Below are positions 30,917-40,064 of a DNA stretch of 64,000 nucleotides, one piece after another. Made by a program: the position numbers and the translations under genes. The stretch is from Minisyncoccota bacterium (GTDB taxonomy: Bacteria; Patescibacteriota; Minisyncoccia; Phycocordibacterales; UBA5272): the NCBI GenBank assembly GCA_018063165.1, contig JAGOQU010000003.1, positions 19,268-83,267 of the forward strand, in the 5' to 3' direction. Numbering within the stretch: the stretch's first letter is position 1; every line of letters starts with the position of its first letter. Under the pieces are notes generated by a model, which saw nothing but the letters and a program-made list of their open reading frames with translations, was not told where the DNA came from and ran no database searches.

Positions 30917-31336
30917 ATGCTAAAACTAAAAGTAGTAACACCAGATAAAGTACTTGTTGATGAAATCGTTGACAATGTAAGTATTCCTACAACAACAGGT
31001 ATGGTTACTGTGCTTAATAAACATATTCCACTTGTGTCCACTATTAAAGCAGGGGAAATGACTATACGTAAAGGTGGTTCTGATATCGGTTACGCTGTGT
31101 ATAAAGGACTTGTTAATGTGCGTCTTCATACGAAAGGTTTAACAGAAGTGGTTGTACTTCTTGAAAAAGGTGAGTCAGTAGAAGAACTTGATCATGATAG
31201 AGCACAAGAGGCACTAGCTCGAGCAAAAGCTATGGCTGAAGAAAAAGAAGATGATGTAGATTTTGGAATATTTGAAGGTCTTGTGGAAAAGGAAGTTAAT
31301 CGTGTGAGAGTTGCAATGAAATATAGAAAGCATTAA
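30917..31336 (+). CDS. atpC: F0F1 ATP synthase subunit epsilon
   Basis: 139 aa beta-sandwich plus C-terminal helices. Operon end. Confidence 0.85.
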   Translation: MLKLKVVTPDKVLVDEIVDNVSIPTTTGMVTVLNKHIPLVSTIKAGEMTIRKGGSDIGYAVYKGLVNVRLHTKGLTEVVVLLEKGESVEELDHDRAQEALARAKAMAEEKEDDVDFGIFEGLVEKEVNRVRVAMKYRKH

Positions 31337-31369
31337 AATAAATTCTTTTTAATAGAAAAAACAAAAACA

Positions 31370-31400
31370 AAAGCGAAACCTTCGGTTTCGCTTTTGTTTT
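31370..31400 (+). terminator. rho-independent terminator of the atp operon
   Basis: agcgaaacc-ttcg-ggtttcgcttttgtttt. Confidence 0.7.
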
Positions 31401-31514
31401 ATTCAAGAAGATGTTGACGTACTGGTATTTTTTGTGCTGTTGTGATATACTTTGAACACTTTATTAAGCGTCTATTTTTATTAAAAAACGGCGCACATTT
31501 ATTTTTATTCGTAT

Positions 31515-33299
31515 ATGCAACAAGAAATTCGTAATATCGCTATTATCGCTCACGTGGACCATGGAAAGACTACACTTACAGACGCGCTTATGAAGCAGTG
31601 TGGTGTAGGTGTTGAAGGGCAAACTATGGACTCAAATCCAATGGAAAAAGAGCGTGGTATTACGATTACAGCGAAGAATACGTCTGTTCCATACAAGGGT
31701 GTAAAAATAAATATTCTCGATACTCCAGGTCACGCTGACTTCGGTTCAGAAGTTGAGCGTGTTCTTCGTTCTATTGACTGTGTGCTTCTTGTTGTCGATG
31801 CTCAGGAAGGTCCTATGCCTCAAACAAGATTTGTACTCAAGAAATCACTTGAGCTAGGTATTAAACCAATTGTTGTTATTAATAAAATCGATAAACCTGC
31901 TGCTGATCCTGACAAGGTACATGATGAGGTGTTTGAGCTTTTCATGGAGCTTGGTGCAAATGAAGAGCAACTCGACTTCACCACTGTCTACGCTATTGGA
32001 CGTCAAGGTGTTGCTATGAAAGCTATTGATGATGAGAAAAAAGATCTTACACCACTTCTTGATATTATTCTTGAAAAAGTTCCAAAAGCAACAGGAGATA
32101 TAAATAATCCTTTTAAGGCACAAGTATTTAATCTTGCGTATGACAATTTCCTTGGTCGTATGGCTATTTGTCGTGTGTATGATGGAATCGCAAAAGTTGG
32201 CGAAGAAATTACAGTAAAGAAAGCTACAGGAGAAACACGTAAAGGTAAAATTACAAAAATTTATACATTTAATGGTATAGAGCGTGTTGATGTGCAAACT
32301 GCTGAAGCAGGAGATATTGCAATGATTGCTGGATTCTCTGATATTTTCATTGGTGAGACTTTCGTTAAAAATGCTGATCAAGAACCAATGGAAGCAATAC
32401 ATATTGATGAGCCTACTATTGCTCTTAACTTCCTTGTTAATGATTCACCATTTGCAGGTAAAGAAGGAAAGTTTGTGACAGGTCGTCAAATTCGTGATCG
32501 TCTAGAAAAAGAACTCGAAATTAACGTTGGACTTCGTGTTGATTTTGATACAGAAAAGTATCTTGTATATGGTCGTGGAGAACTTCACATTGGTGTACTT
32601 CTTGAAACTATGCGTCGCGAAGGGTATGAACTTCAAGTGTCGCAACCACAAGTTATTTTCCATGAAAAAGATGGTGTTAAAGAAGAACCGTATGAAGATC
32701 TTGTTATTGATGTTCCTGTGGAATCTGCGGGTGTTGTTATGGAAAAGCTTGGACGTAGAAAAGCTATGATTACTGATATGTCTGAAAAGCACGGAGTTAA
32801 TCGTATTAAGGCAGAAATTCCTACTCGTGGTCTTCTTGGATATCGAGGAGAGTTTGTTATTGATACAAAAGGTCTCGGCATACTTTCTGCACGTTTTAGT
32901 AAATTTGGTCCATACGCAGGTGAAATCACTCGTCGTTTAGTTGGTTCTATGACATCAATGGCAACAGGTAAGTCTCTTGCGTTTTCACTTTGGAATCTTC
33001 AAGATCGTGGTGTTATTTATATTCTTCCTACAACAGAAGTATATGAAGGTATGGTTATTGGTAACACTTCAAAAGGCGAAGAAATGATGGTTAATCCTAC
33101 AAAAGGAAAACAGCTTTCTAACATGCGTTCATCTGGTGCTGACGAAGCTATTGTTCTTGTTCCTGCTTGGGAAATTAGTATTGAACGTGGTCTTGAAATT
33201 ATGAACGCAGATGAATATCTTGAAGTAACTCCAAAATCAGTAAGACTTCGTAAGCAGTTACTTACAGAGTCAGAACGTTCACGTGCAGGCAGAAAGTAA
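31515..33299 (+). CDS. typA: translational GTPase TypA/BipA
   Basis: IRNIAIIAHVDHGKTTL, DTPGHADF, NKIDK G-motifs, and TypA-specific C-terminal domains. 594 aa. Confidence 0.9.
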   Translation: MQQEIRNIAIIAHVDHGKTTLTDALMKQCGVGVEGQTMDSNPMEKERGITITAKNTSVPYKGVKINILDTPGHADFGSEVERVLRSIDCVLLVVDAQEGPMPQTRFVLKKSLELGIKPIVVINKIDKPAADPDKVHDEVFELFMELGANEEQLDFTTVYAIGRQGVAMKAIDDEKKDLTPLLDIILEKVPKATGDINNPFKAQVFNLAYDNFLGRMAICRVYDGIAKVGEEITVKKATGETRKGKITKIYTFNGIERVDVQTAEAGDIAMIAGFSDIFIGETFVKNADQEPMEAIHIDEPTIALNFLVNDSPFAGKEGKFVTGRQIRDRLEKELEINVGLRVDFDTEKYLVYGRGELHIGVLLETMRREGYELQVSQPQVIFHEKDGVKEEPYEDLVIDVPVESAGVVMEKLGRRKAMITDMSEKHGVNRIKAEIPTRGLLGYRGEFVIDTKGLGILSARFSKFGPYAGEITRRLVGSMTSMATGKSLAFSLWNLQDRGVIYILPTTEVYEGMVIGNTSKGEEMMVNPTKGKQLSNMRSSGADEAIVLVPAWEISIERGLEIMNADEYLEVTPKSVRLRKQLLTESERSRAGRK

Positions 33300-33350
33300 T
33301 ATTTTTTTGTTTATTTTCTTGTTTCGTTTATTCTGTGGAAATAGATAGCT

Positions 33351-33884
33351 ATGAAAAAAAATACAGATCATAAAAAACTACAACACCCTGTAGTTAAGAA
33401 AGCAAAAAGTAATATAGTGCTTTCGGGAATTATATTAGTGATATTCTTTTTTGTTGGTATGTATGGATATAGATGTCTTTCTGAAAAAGTCTGTGAAGTC
33501 GAAATGTTTAATAGATTTGTTCGTCAAGATGTAACAGTAATAACACCGAAAGGAGCAATTACTGCAGAGGTTGCTGACACAAAGAGTTCTCGAGAGCTTG
33601 GTCTTTCTGGTAGATCGCAAATGAATATAAACGAAGGTCTTTTGTTTGTGTTTGATGTGCCTGGAAAATATGGTTTTTGGATGAAAGACATGTTATACGC
33701 TCTAGATATTATATGGATAAATCAAAATGGTGTTGTTGTGGAAATAGAACGTAACGTAACACCTGAATCATATCCAAAAACTTTTATGAATAAATCTCCA
33801 GCTAGTTATGTTCTTGAGCTTAATGGAGGTGTTGCAGAAAAACAGGGGCTATATATTGGTTCAAAAATAAAGATAGTTGAGTAA
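33351..33884 (+). CDS. DUF192 (COG1430) family protein, N-terminally anchored
   Basis: ELGLSGRS...EGLLFVFD...GFWMKDM..LDIIWI pattern typical of DUF192. Confidence 0.65.
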   Translation: MKKNTDHKKLQHPVVKKAKSNIVLSGIILVIFFFVGMYGYRCLSEKVCEVEMFNRFVRQDVTVITPKGAITAEVADTKSSRELGLSGRSQMNINEGLLFVFDVPGKYGFWMKDMLYALDIIWINQNGVVVEIERNVTPESYPKTFMNKSPASYVLELNGGVAEKQGLYIGSKIKIVE

Positions 33885-34065
33885 AAGTTATAAATTGCAA
33901 ACCTGACTTGTTGTTAAGTTTTTCTTTTTAAGTTTCGGACTTGCTTATACGTACAGTTTAGTTGCGTATCCACTTTTTTAAACTATTCGAACCTTCATTA
34001 ATTTCTGACATTTATCATACAGTTGGTTATTTTTCAATTGATGTACGAATTTAGTTAGAAAGCAC

Positions 34066-34094
34066 TTGACAAATAAAAATGTGTGTGATATTAT
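34066..34094 (+). promoter_or_regulatory. strong sigma70-like promoter with extended -10 (TTGACA-17-TGaTATTAT)
   Basis: Seen directly: ttgaca aataaaaatgtgtgtga tattat. Precedes the RBS aggag (34112) and the small ORF, ~350 nt upstream of rnpB. Confidence 0.5.
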
Positions 34095-34124
34095 GTATTA
34101 GTAATTTTTTTAGGAGTTTCTTTT

Positions 34125-34367
34125 ATGTTTGCATTACGGATATCTGGTTACTGTTTTCTTTCAGCTCTTTTTTCAGGCTTCATTATGTGTTTTCTACTTC
34201 TTGTTGGATCCCTTTTCAATATTTTAGATCTACTGATTACACCAGCTACTTTCTGCAGGGGTGCCATGTTGTACCTTACTGGATTTGGTATTTTAATCAT
34301 TATGTTAGTAGCTTTATCTCAGTTAATAAAGACTACTATCACTGCGTCAAAGCATTTTTTTTGCTGA
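34125..34367 (+). CDS. small hydrophobic membrane protein (80 aa), hypothetical
   Basis: Canonical AGGAG SD 8 nt upstream of the ATG and a strong promoter upstream. Two TM helices. Could alternatively be a leader of the rnpB transcript. Confidence 0.3.
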   Translation: MFALRISGYCFLSALFSGFIMCFLLLVGSLFNILDLLITPATFCRGAMLYLTGFGILIIMLVALSQLIKTTITASKHFFC

Positions 34368-34439
34368 TCAAAAATTTGTTCGTTAAAGCCATTCAACTCG
34401 ATGTTGAGTGGCTTTTCTTGCATTTTTTACAATTTCATT

Positions 34440-34802
34440 GTATTGTTACAAAGTTCTATTGGGTAATCGCCCTTACGGCTTTAAATGTAGCTTATGAGGG
34501 AGGAAAGTCCGAACACATATCTATTACAATGTGATGGAGAGCGTAGCGGGTAACGCCCGTCGTGAGTAATCATAGAGGTGCGAGCAGTGACGCCAATGCC
34601 GAAAGGCTAGGATTCCTTCGGGAATATGCTTACCGAAAGGTAAGATTGAAACGGCTAAATCCTTACGTGTGTGCAAGACCGTGCTCGTAGCAATATGAGA
34701 GTGTCGCTAGAGCGTGATGGTAACATTACGCCCAGATACATGATTACACAGTGTCAGTAATGACACGGACAGAATTCGGCTTATAGGTAGAACAAAGATA
34801 AA
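34440..34802 (+). ncRNA. rnpB: RNase P RNA (bacterial type A-like)
   Basis: Conserved P4 strands GGAGGAAAGTCCGAAC (34497..) and ACAGAATTCGGCTTATAGG (34769..), and AGCGGGTAACGCCCGTCGTGAG (P10/11 region). A locally GC-rich non-coding block. Ends are approximate. Confidence 0.75.
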
Positions 34803-34858
34803 AGAGCGACCCTAAACTACCAGATTTACTTCTTGGAAGAAGGGTCGCTCTTTTCTTT
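34803..34858 (+). terminator. hairpin terminator after rnpB
   Basis: agagcgaccc ... gggtcgctct 10-bp stem with an internal sub-hairpin, followed by tttcttttg. Confidence 0.55.
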
Positions 34859-34878
34859 TGTTCACAACATATTTGCGT

Positions 34879-34887
34879 GGGGGGGGG
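34879..34887 (+). repeat. G9 homopolymeric tract in the promoter/5' region of surface-protein paralog 1 (candidate slipped-strand phase-variation switch)
   Basis: Seen directly: gcgt-ggggggggg-cgac, 12 nt upstream of a TATACT -10-like hexamer and 27 nt upstream of the ATG. It is the only such run in the window, and the genome is AT-rich. Confidence 0.6.
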
Positions 34888-34913
34888 CGACTAAATGCTA
34901 TACTATACTCATT

Positions 34914-37334
34914 ATGAAAAAATATTATCTATCAGCTCTTTTACTAAGTTTTGGTATTTCTTTAACAACAGTATCTGCTCAAGTAGTAGATACAGATACA
35001 TCAGATACTATATCTACATGTACAACAATAACTACTAATATTAGTTACAAGAATAGAAAGAACAATAACAAAGCTGACGTAATGAATCTTCAAGACTTTT
35101 TAAATAGTACTGGATATTTAAACTCTGACTCTATAACAGGATTCTTTGGAAGAGTTACAGAAAGTGCTGTAGCTAAGTTCCAGAAAGACAATGGACTAGT
35201 CGCTAATCCAGCTGGGTTTGTGGGGGCAGGGACACGAGCGAAGATAAAGATGATTTCGTGTAGTGGAAATACAGGTGTGAATACTGATAGTTCTAATGTA
35301 AATGTAAACACAAATACAACAGGTATTTCTCAGCTTACAAAAAATCAGGTATTGAATGGTTTTGATCAGTGTGGTACTCAATTCAAGAATGGTACAATTT
35401 CTATTGGTTATACCAAGTATACAGAATTAGAAAGAACATGTGAATCAGCAGCTGCAGACGTATCACTATTTTTAGATAGTATAATTTTTGCAGATTTAGA
35501 TAATGATAATGTTAATGAGGCACTTGTCACAATGAGATTAGTTCGGGCATCTAGTGGAGGAGGATTATATATTTTTAAGAATGTTAATGGTGTTGCTCGT
35601 GTTATTGACGGTGTAATTTTTGGTAAAGGAAATGGTAATATTGTTTCCGTTAATAAAAATATAATAGTTGTGGAAGTGGAGGATTTCATTAGGGGTGAAA
35701 ATGTTCCATATAAAGAAACTTACAAGTTTATTAATAATAAACTGGAAAAAGTATCTGGTGTTGCTATTGCAGAAGAATCTTCACTTAATAACTCTAATCT
35801 TCCAGAAGGGTGTAAAACAACATCAGGGTTTAGTCCTGTTACTGGGGTGAAGTGTTCAAGCGGACTACCTTTTGTTGTTTCTCAATCGGTGCCTGATGTT
35901 GTTTCTTCTGAGAATCAAATTAATAGTATTGAGACAAATAATTGGCAAAAGTTTTCAAAATATGGTTTTGAAATAAAGCGTCCAACGGAGCATATTATTG
36001 TTGCTGATCGAGAGACGGCTATGGGTTATAATTTTACATTTTCTGCTAATAGTCAAGCTAATAGATTGATAGTCGATGTACAAAATAAATCATGGGATAA
36101 AGGTATTGTAAAATCAGGTGCAAATTGTAATGAGTTTCTTGCTGGGGACAATGTTTCAGAGGTTAAAATTAATGGAATTAGTTTTGTTAAATCTGATGTA
36201 AGCAAAGATTTTAACACATCTAAAACTTCATATATGGCTACAGGATATTGTTATGTTAATAATGGTTTAGCGTATAAACTCAACAAAATAATTACTAAAA
36301 ATGATGTTGATTCAGAAGTATATAATAAGGTTTTTAATGCTATGATTTCATCTTTTGTTGTTTCTCAATCGGTATCTGACGATGTTTTTTCTGAAAATCA
36401 ATTAATGGAAAAATTAAAAAATAGTACATATACATTTTCTCCTATAGGAAAAGGTGAGGAAGGTTCTAATGATATTAAAGTAAATATGGTTGCAGGACAA
36501 TCAAAAGGAAGTGATGGTTGGTTTCGTAATGTGGTAAGTGTTGCCGTTGATAAAAAAACTAATAGAGCTATAGTTGCATTAGATATAACAGGAGGTGCTT
36601 CTTCGCGTTTGCCAGCGATTGTTTCATTTACAAATATTAATGATATCCCTGAACAAAAAGATTTTGTGTATCTTAATTATTATCGTGGAACTATTAAAAC
36701 AGTATCGTTTAATGATGCAGGAGAAGTGTTGGTTAAATTTTTAGAAAAAGATTTCACGTATCATTTAGATTCATTAGGTAAACTAATTCCAGTTAATGAA
36801 ACAAAAAATGATTCTAATATTGATTCTGTAATTAATACATGGAAGAATAGTGATGGTTTTGTGAAAGGGGAAAAGTACGATGGTGAACACCATGCAAGAT
36901 CTTTGGTAAATAAGTCAACATTTGGTAGTACTTATTTTGGAAAAACTGTTCCCTATGCAATCATGAATGAAAGTAGTCATGGTAATGTGGCGGGAGGTGT
37001 ATGGAAAGTAATAATACAACCTCAGCAAACTAATAATACAAGTGATTTTGTATATGAATTTAATAGAGTTCAAGGTTATAACCCTTGGAATATAGGTTCA
37101 GATATAACAATGAATGTTGCTCAAATTTCTCATGAGTTAGTAGCAGATGGTCAACTGCTTGTTACTTTTAGAGTGTCGAGTGATATCAATTTTTCTAATT
37201 CTTCTAATGCATGTATTAAATATGGAGATTATAAAGCTACTTTTACCTTAGATAAGGTAAAACATATGTATACACCTACAAGTAAAAAGGATGTACTTAT
37301 TGAAGCAGCTTGTCTTGCTCAAAATCGTGGTTAG
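34914..37334 (+). CDS. large secreted surface protein, paralog 1: signal peptide + N-terminal peptidoglycan-binding (PG_binding_1-like) domain + divergent middle + conserved C-terminal module
   Basis: MKKYYLSALLL signal. MNLQDFLNSTGYL...DGFFGRVTESAVAKFQKDNGL PG-binding pattern. Shares 100%-identical DNA blocks with paralog 2. The ORF track start 34833 lies inside the rnpB terminator, so M34914 is preferred. Confidence 0.8.
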   Translation: MKKYYLSALLLSFGISLTTVSAQVVDTDTSDTISTCTTITTNISYKNRKNNNKADVMNLQDFLNSTGYLNSDSITGFFGRVTESAVAKFQKDNGLVANPAGFVGAGTRAKIKMISCSGNTGVNTDSSNVNVNTNTTGISQLTKNQVLNGFDQCGTQFKNGTISIGYTKYTELERTCESAAADVSLFLDSIIFADLDNDNVNEALVTMRLVRASSGGGLYIFKNVNGVARVIDGVIFGKGNGNIVSVNKNIIVVEVEDFIRGENVPYKETYKFINNKLEKVSGVAIAEESSLNNSNLPEGCKTTSGFSPVTGVKCSSGLPFVVSQSVPDVVSSENQINSIETNNWQKFSKYGFEIKRPTEHIIVADRETAMGYNFTFSANSQANRLIVDVQNKSWDKGIVKSGANCNEFLAGDNVSEVKINGISFVKSDVSKDFNTSKTSYMATGYCYVNNGLAYKLNKIITKNDVDSEVYNKVFNAMISSFVVSQSVSDDVFSENQLMEKLKNSTYTFSPIGKGEEGSNDIKVNMVAGQSKGSDGWFRNVVSVAVDKKTNRAIVALDITGGASSRLPAIVSFTNINDIPEQKDFVYLNYYRGTIKTVSFNDAGEVLVKFLEKDFTYHLDSLGKLIPVNETKNDSNIDSVINTWKNSDGFVKGEKYDGEHHARSLVNKSTFGSTYFGKTVPYAIMNESSHGNVAGGVWKVIIQPQQTNNTSDFVYEFNRVQGYNPWNIGSDITMNVAQISHELVADGQLLVTFRVSSDINFSNSSNACIKYGDYKATFTLDKVKHMYTPTSKKDVLIEAACLAQNRG
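34971..35316 (+). repeat. 346-bp block 100% identical to 37642..37987 (PG-binding domain coding region of both paralogs)
   Basis: Direct alignment by eye over the whole block, with no mismatches found. The flanking signal-peptide and downstream regions diverge. Confidence 0.85.
35794..35909 (+). repeat. ~116-bp block ~98% identical to 38852..38967 (NLPEGCKTTSGFSP..FVVSQSVPDVVSS module)
   Basis: Direct comparison shows 2 mismatches. Confidence 0.75.
36805..36962 (+). repeat. ~158-bp block ~90% identical to 39509..39666 (start of the conserved C-terminal module NDSNIDSVINTW.NSDGFVKGEKYDGE)
   Basis: Direct comparison. Protein-level similarity continues to the C-terminus. Confidence 0.7.
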
Positions 37335-37361
37335 GTTTTATAGTTTTTAATTTCGAAGTAG

Positions 37362-37394
37362 AAAAACGATTCCGTATGGAATCGTTTTTGTTTT
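37362..37394 (+). terminator. rho-independent terminator after paralog 1
   Basis: gaaaaacgattccgta-t-ggaatcgtttttgtttt. An identical sequence (one loop nt different) follows paralog 2. Confidence 0.7.
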
Positions 37395-37590
37395 AGTCTT
37401 ACATCCATCTACTCTACTTCTTTTATTACTCCATGCAATATTTAGTTTATTATAGGGGTAGCTGCTGCAGAATTTTAATATATTTTGTATTTGTAATATA
37501 AAATATTTTGTAGCAAATTAATAAAAGTTTATTTTTTTGTAGGTATCTTCTTTGCAACGAGAAGTTACTAAATGTTACACTATTCTCATT

Positions 37591-40038
37591 ATGAAAAAAT
37601 ATTATCTATCAGCTCTTTTACTCACTCTTTCATTATCATATGTATCTGCTCAAGTAGTAGATACAGATACATCAGATACTATATCTACATGTACAACAAT
37701 AACTACTAATATTAGTTACAAGAATAGAAAGAACAATAACAAAGCTGACGTAATGAATCTTCAAGACTTTTTAAATAGTACTGGATATTTAAACTCTGAC
37801 TCTATAACAGGATTCTTTGGAAGAGTTACAGAAAGTGCTGTAGCTAAGTTCCAGAAAGACAATGGACTAGTCGCTAATCCAGCTGGGTTTGTGGGGGCAG
37901 GGACACGAGCGAAGATAAAGATGATTTCGTGTAGTGGAAATACAGGTGTGAATACTGATAGTTCTAATGTAAATGTAAACACAAATATTTTAAAAGCAGA
38001 AAGTTGGAAGACATATACGAACAAAGAAAAAGGATATCAAATTAAATATCCATTTAATGCGAAGCTTACTGTAAGTAATTTATCTTGTCTTCAGATTGAT
38101 ACAGTAGAATTTGGTTCTGTGTATATTAACAGTGAGTCAGGTGATCCTTGTGGTACTCCAACAGGTGTTAGTAATTCTAGTAGTAATGTCACTTCTACTT
38201 TGTTTATTGATAGTAAAGAATATAATTTTTCTGGACGTCAAAATTATAACAATGCTTATAGTTTTTTTGCTGGTAATATAAGCGATAAACTTTCGTTGGT
38301 CTATGGTGTTGAACATAGAAATTCATCTAGTCTTAACCCTGAAGAACTAGGTTCTTTAACAGAAACTGAATATCAAAAAGCTTTAGATTCTGCAAAAAAA
38401 GTTCTTTCGACTTTTAAGATTTTACCAAATATATATATAAATGATACAGTTTGGAAAAAATATAAGAACGAAAATCGTAACTTTGTGATTTCGTACCCGA
38501 GTGATGTAGAGGTACAAGAAGTTTATAGACAGGATACGATTGCTTGTTTTAATAAAAAAAGTGAATCATGTTTTGTTTATATAGCTGATGATACTTCTGC
38601 TGTAAACAGAGTAAATAATGTGTCTGTTTTTAATGAATTAAATATTGCTACATTAGAAAATAAATTACATACAAAAATTATCGCAGAAGTTAATAACGAA
38701 GGACGTTATTCTGTGTCAATGAATAAAATTGTTATTTCTAGTAAAGACAAACTTATTTTAAGTAGAATGCTTTCTTCCATTGAATTTACTGGTATTAATG
38801 AAGGGATAAGTAAAGGCTCATCATCTTCAATAGTTGATATATTTAATAATCCTAATCTTCCAGAAGGGTGTAAAACAACATCAGGGTTTAGTCCTATTAC
38901 TGGGGTGAAGTGTTCAAGCGGACTACCTTTTGTTGTTTCTCAATCGGTGCCCGATGTTGTTTCTTCTAAAAATCAATTAATTGATAAAATTAAAAATGCT
39001 ACGTACTACTTTAATCTTCCTAATGGAAAAGATGAAGGTTCTAAAAGTATAACACCACTTAAAATGATTAATGGGGAAGCTAAGTTTTCTCTTTCTAATG
39101 GTTATAGTGCTATTTGTTATTTTTTAAATGGTGGCCCTCATTTTGCTGTAAATAAAAATGGAGATAAAGTTGCTGTAGCTGTTTCTTGTAGCCATGGTGG
39201 ATCTACTATAGATAATTTTTTAATTGCATTTAAAAATATAAATAACACATTAATCCAGACCGATATTGCTAATTTATTAGAATATCCATCTACAAAAATT
39301 AAAAATTCACTTAGAATTAGTGTAGAAAATATTGATTTAAGTAATGATAACATCGTTTCTGTTGCTACATTAGTAGTCCCAGAATCATCGTATAGTCTTC
39401 CTCAGTATAAACAAGATGCCACAGAATCATTTGTTGTGAAATATCAATTAAATAGCTCTGGTAAGCTTTTGATTTTGCCAACTTTGTCTACAGCACTGTC
39501 TTCATTACAAAATGATTCTAATATTGATTCTGTAATTAATACATGGATGAATAGTGATGGTTTTGTGAAAGGGGAAAAGTACGACGGTGAACGTCACACA
39601 AGATCTTTGATAAATAAGTCAACATTTAAAAGTACATATTTTGGAAAAATTGTTCCTTATGCAATTGTGGGTGAAGAAAGTATTGGTGAGGCCATGGGGG
39701 GATATTCTGAATTCATTGTTCATCCTCAAATAAATAGCAAAATAAGTAATTTTGTTTATGAATTCAATCGTGTAGAAGGTTTTAATCCTTGGGGGGTAGG
39801 TTCTGAAACTGGCAATTCTCCAGAAAAAGTTTCTTATGAATTAGTTGCAGATGATCAACTTCTTGTTATTTATAGGGTATCGCGTGATTTTATGCATCCT
39901 GATTCTTCTAAACAGTGTGTAAAACGAGGAGATTACAAAGCTACATATCTTTTAAATAAAACAGAACATATGTATGTTTCCTCAAGCAAGAAAGATTTTC
40001 TTTACTCAAGTGATTGTGAACACCCTAGTAACGGTTAG
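37591..40038 (+). CDS. large secreted surface protein, paralog 2 (same N-terminal PG-binding domain and C-terminal module as paralog 1, different central region)
   Basis: Same signal peptide and PG-binding domain. Shared NLPEGCKTTSGFSPITGVKCSSGLPFVVSQSVPDVVSS and C-terminal KGEKYDGERHTRS...NFVYEFNRVEGFNPW...GDYKATY modules. Confidence 0.8.
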   Translation: MKKYYLSALLLTLSLSYVSAQVVDTDTSDTISTCTTITTNISYKNRKNNNKADVMNLQDFLNSTGYLNSDSITGFFGRVTESAVAKFQKDNGLVANPAGFVGAGTRAKIKMISCSGNTGVNTDSSNVNVNTNILKAESWKTYTNKEKGYQIKYPFNAKLTVSNLSCLQIDTVEFGSVYINSESGDPCGTPTGVSNSSSNVTSTLFIDSKEYNFSGRQNYNNAYSFFAGNISDKLSLVYGVEHRNSSSLNPEELGSLTETEYQKALDSAKKVLSTFKILPNIYINDTVWKKYKNENRNFVISYPSDVEVQEVYRQDTIACFNKKSESCFVYIADDTSAVNRVNNVSVFNELNIATLENKLHTKIIAEVNNEGRYSVSMNKIVISSKDKLILSRMLSSIEFTGINEGISKGSSSSIVDIFNNPNLPEGCKTTSGFSPITGVKCSSGLPFVVSQSVPDVVSSKNQLIDKIKNATYYFNLPNGKDEGSKSITPLKMINGEAKFSLSNGYSAICYFLNGGPHFAVNKNGDKVAVAVSCSHGGSTIDNFLIAFKNINNTLIQTDIANLLEYPSTKIKNSLRISVENIDLSNDNIVSVATLVVPESSYSLPQYKQDATESFVVKYQLNSSGKLLILPTLSTALSSLQNDSNIDSVINTWMNSDGFVKGEKYDGERHTRSLINKSTFKSTYFGKIVPYAIVGEESIGEAMGGYSEFIVHPQINSKISNFVYEFNRVEGFNPWGVGSETGNSPEKVSYELVADDQLLVIYRVSRDFMHPDSSKQCVKRGDYKATYLLNKTEHMYVSSSKKDFLYSSDCEHPSNG

Positions 40039-40064
40039 TTTTTCTAGATTTTAATATGTGTGTA

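Noticed and set aside
34079-34534. 151-aa ORF overlapping the RNase P RNA
   Set aside because: It runs through the conserved rnpB P4/P10-11 sequence, and its product is low-complexity and hydrophobic. It is explained by the ncRNA plus the separate small ORF at 34125..34367.
35090-35311. Minus-strand 73-aa ORF within the repeated block, with an identical longer copy at 37761..38024
   Set aside because: It is duplicated only because the underlying 346-bp repeat is duplicated. It lies antisense to the PG-binding domain coding sequence and has no expression signals.
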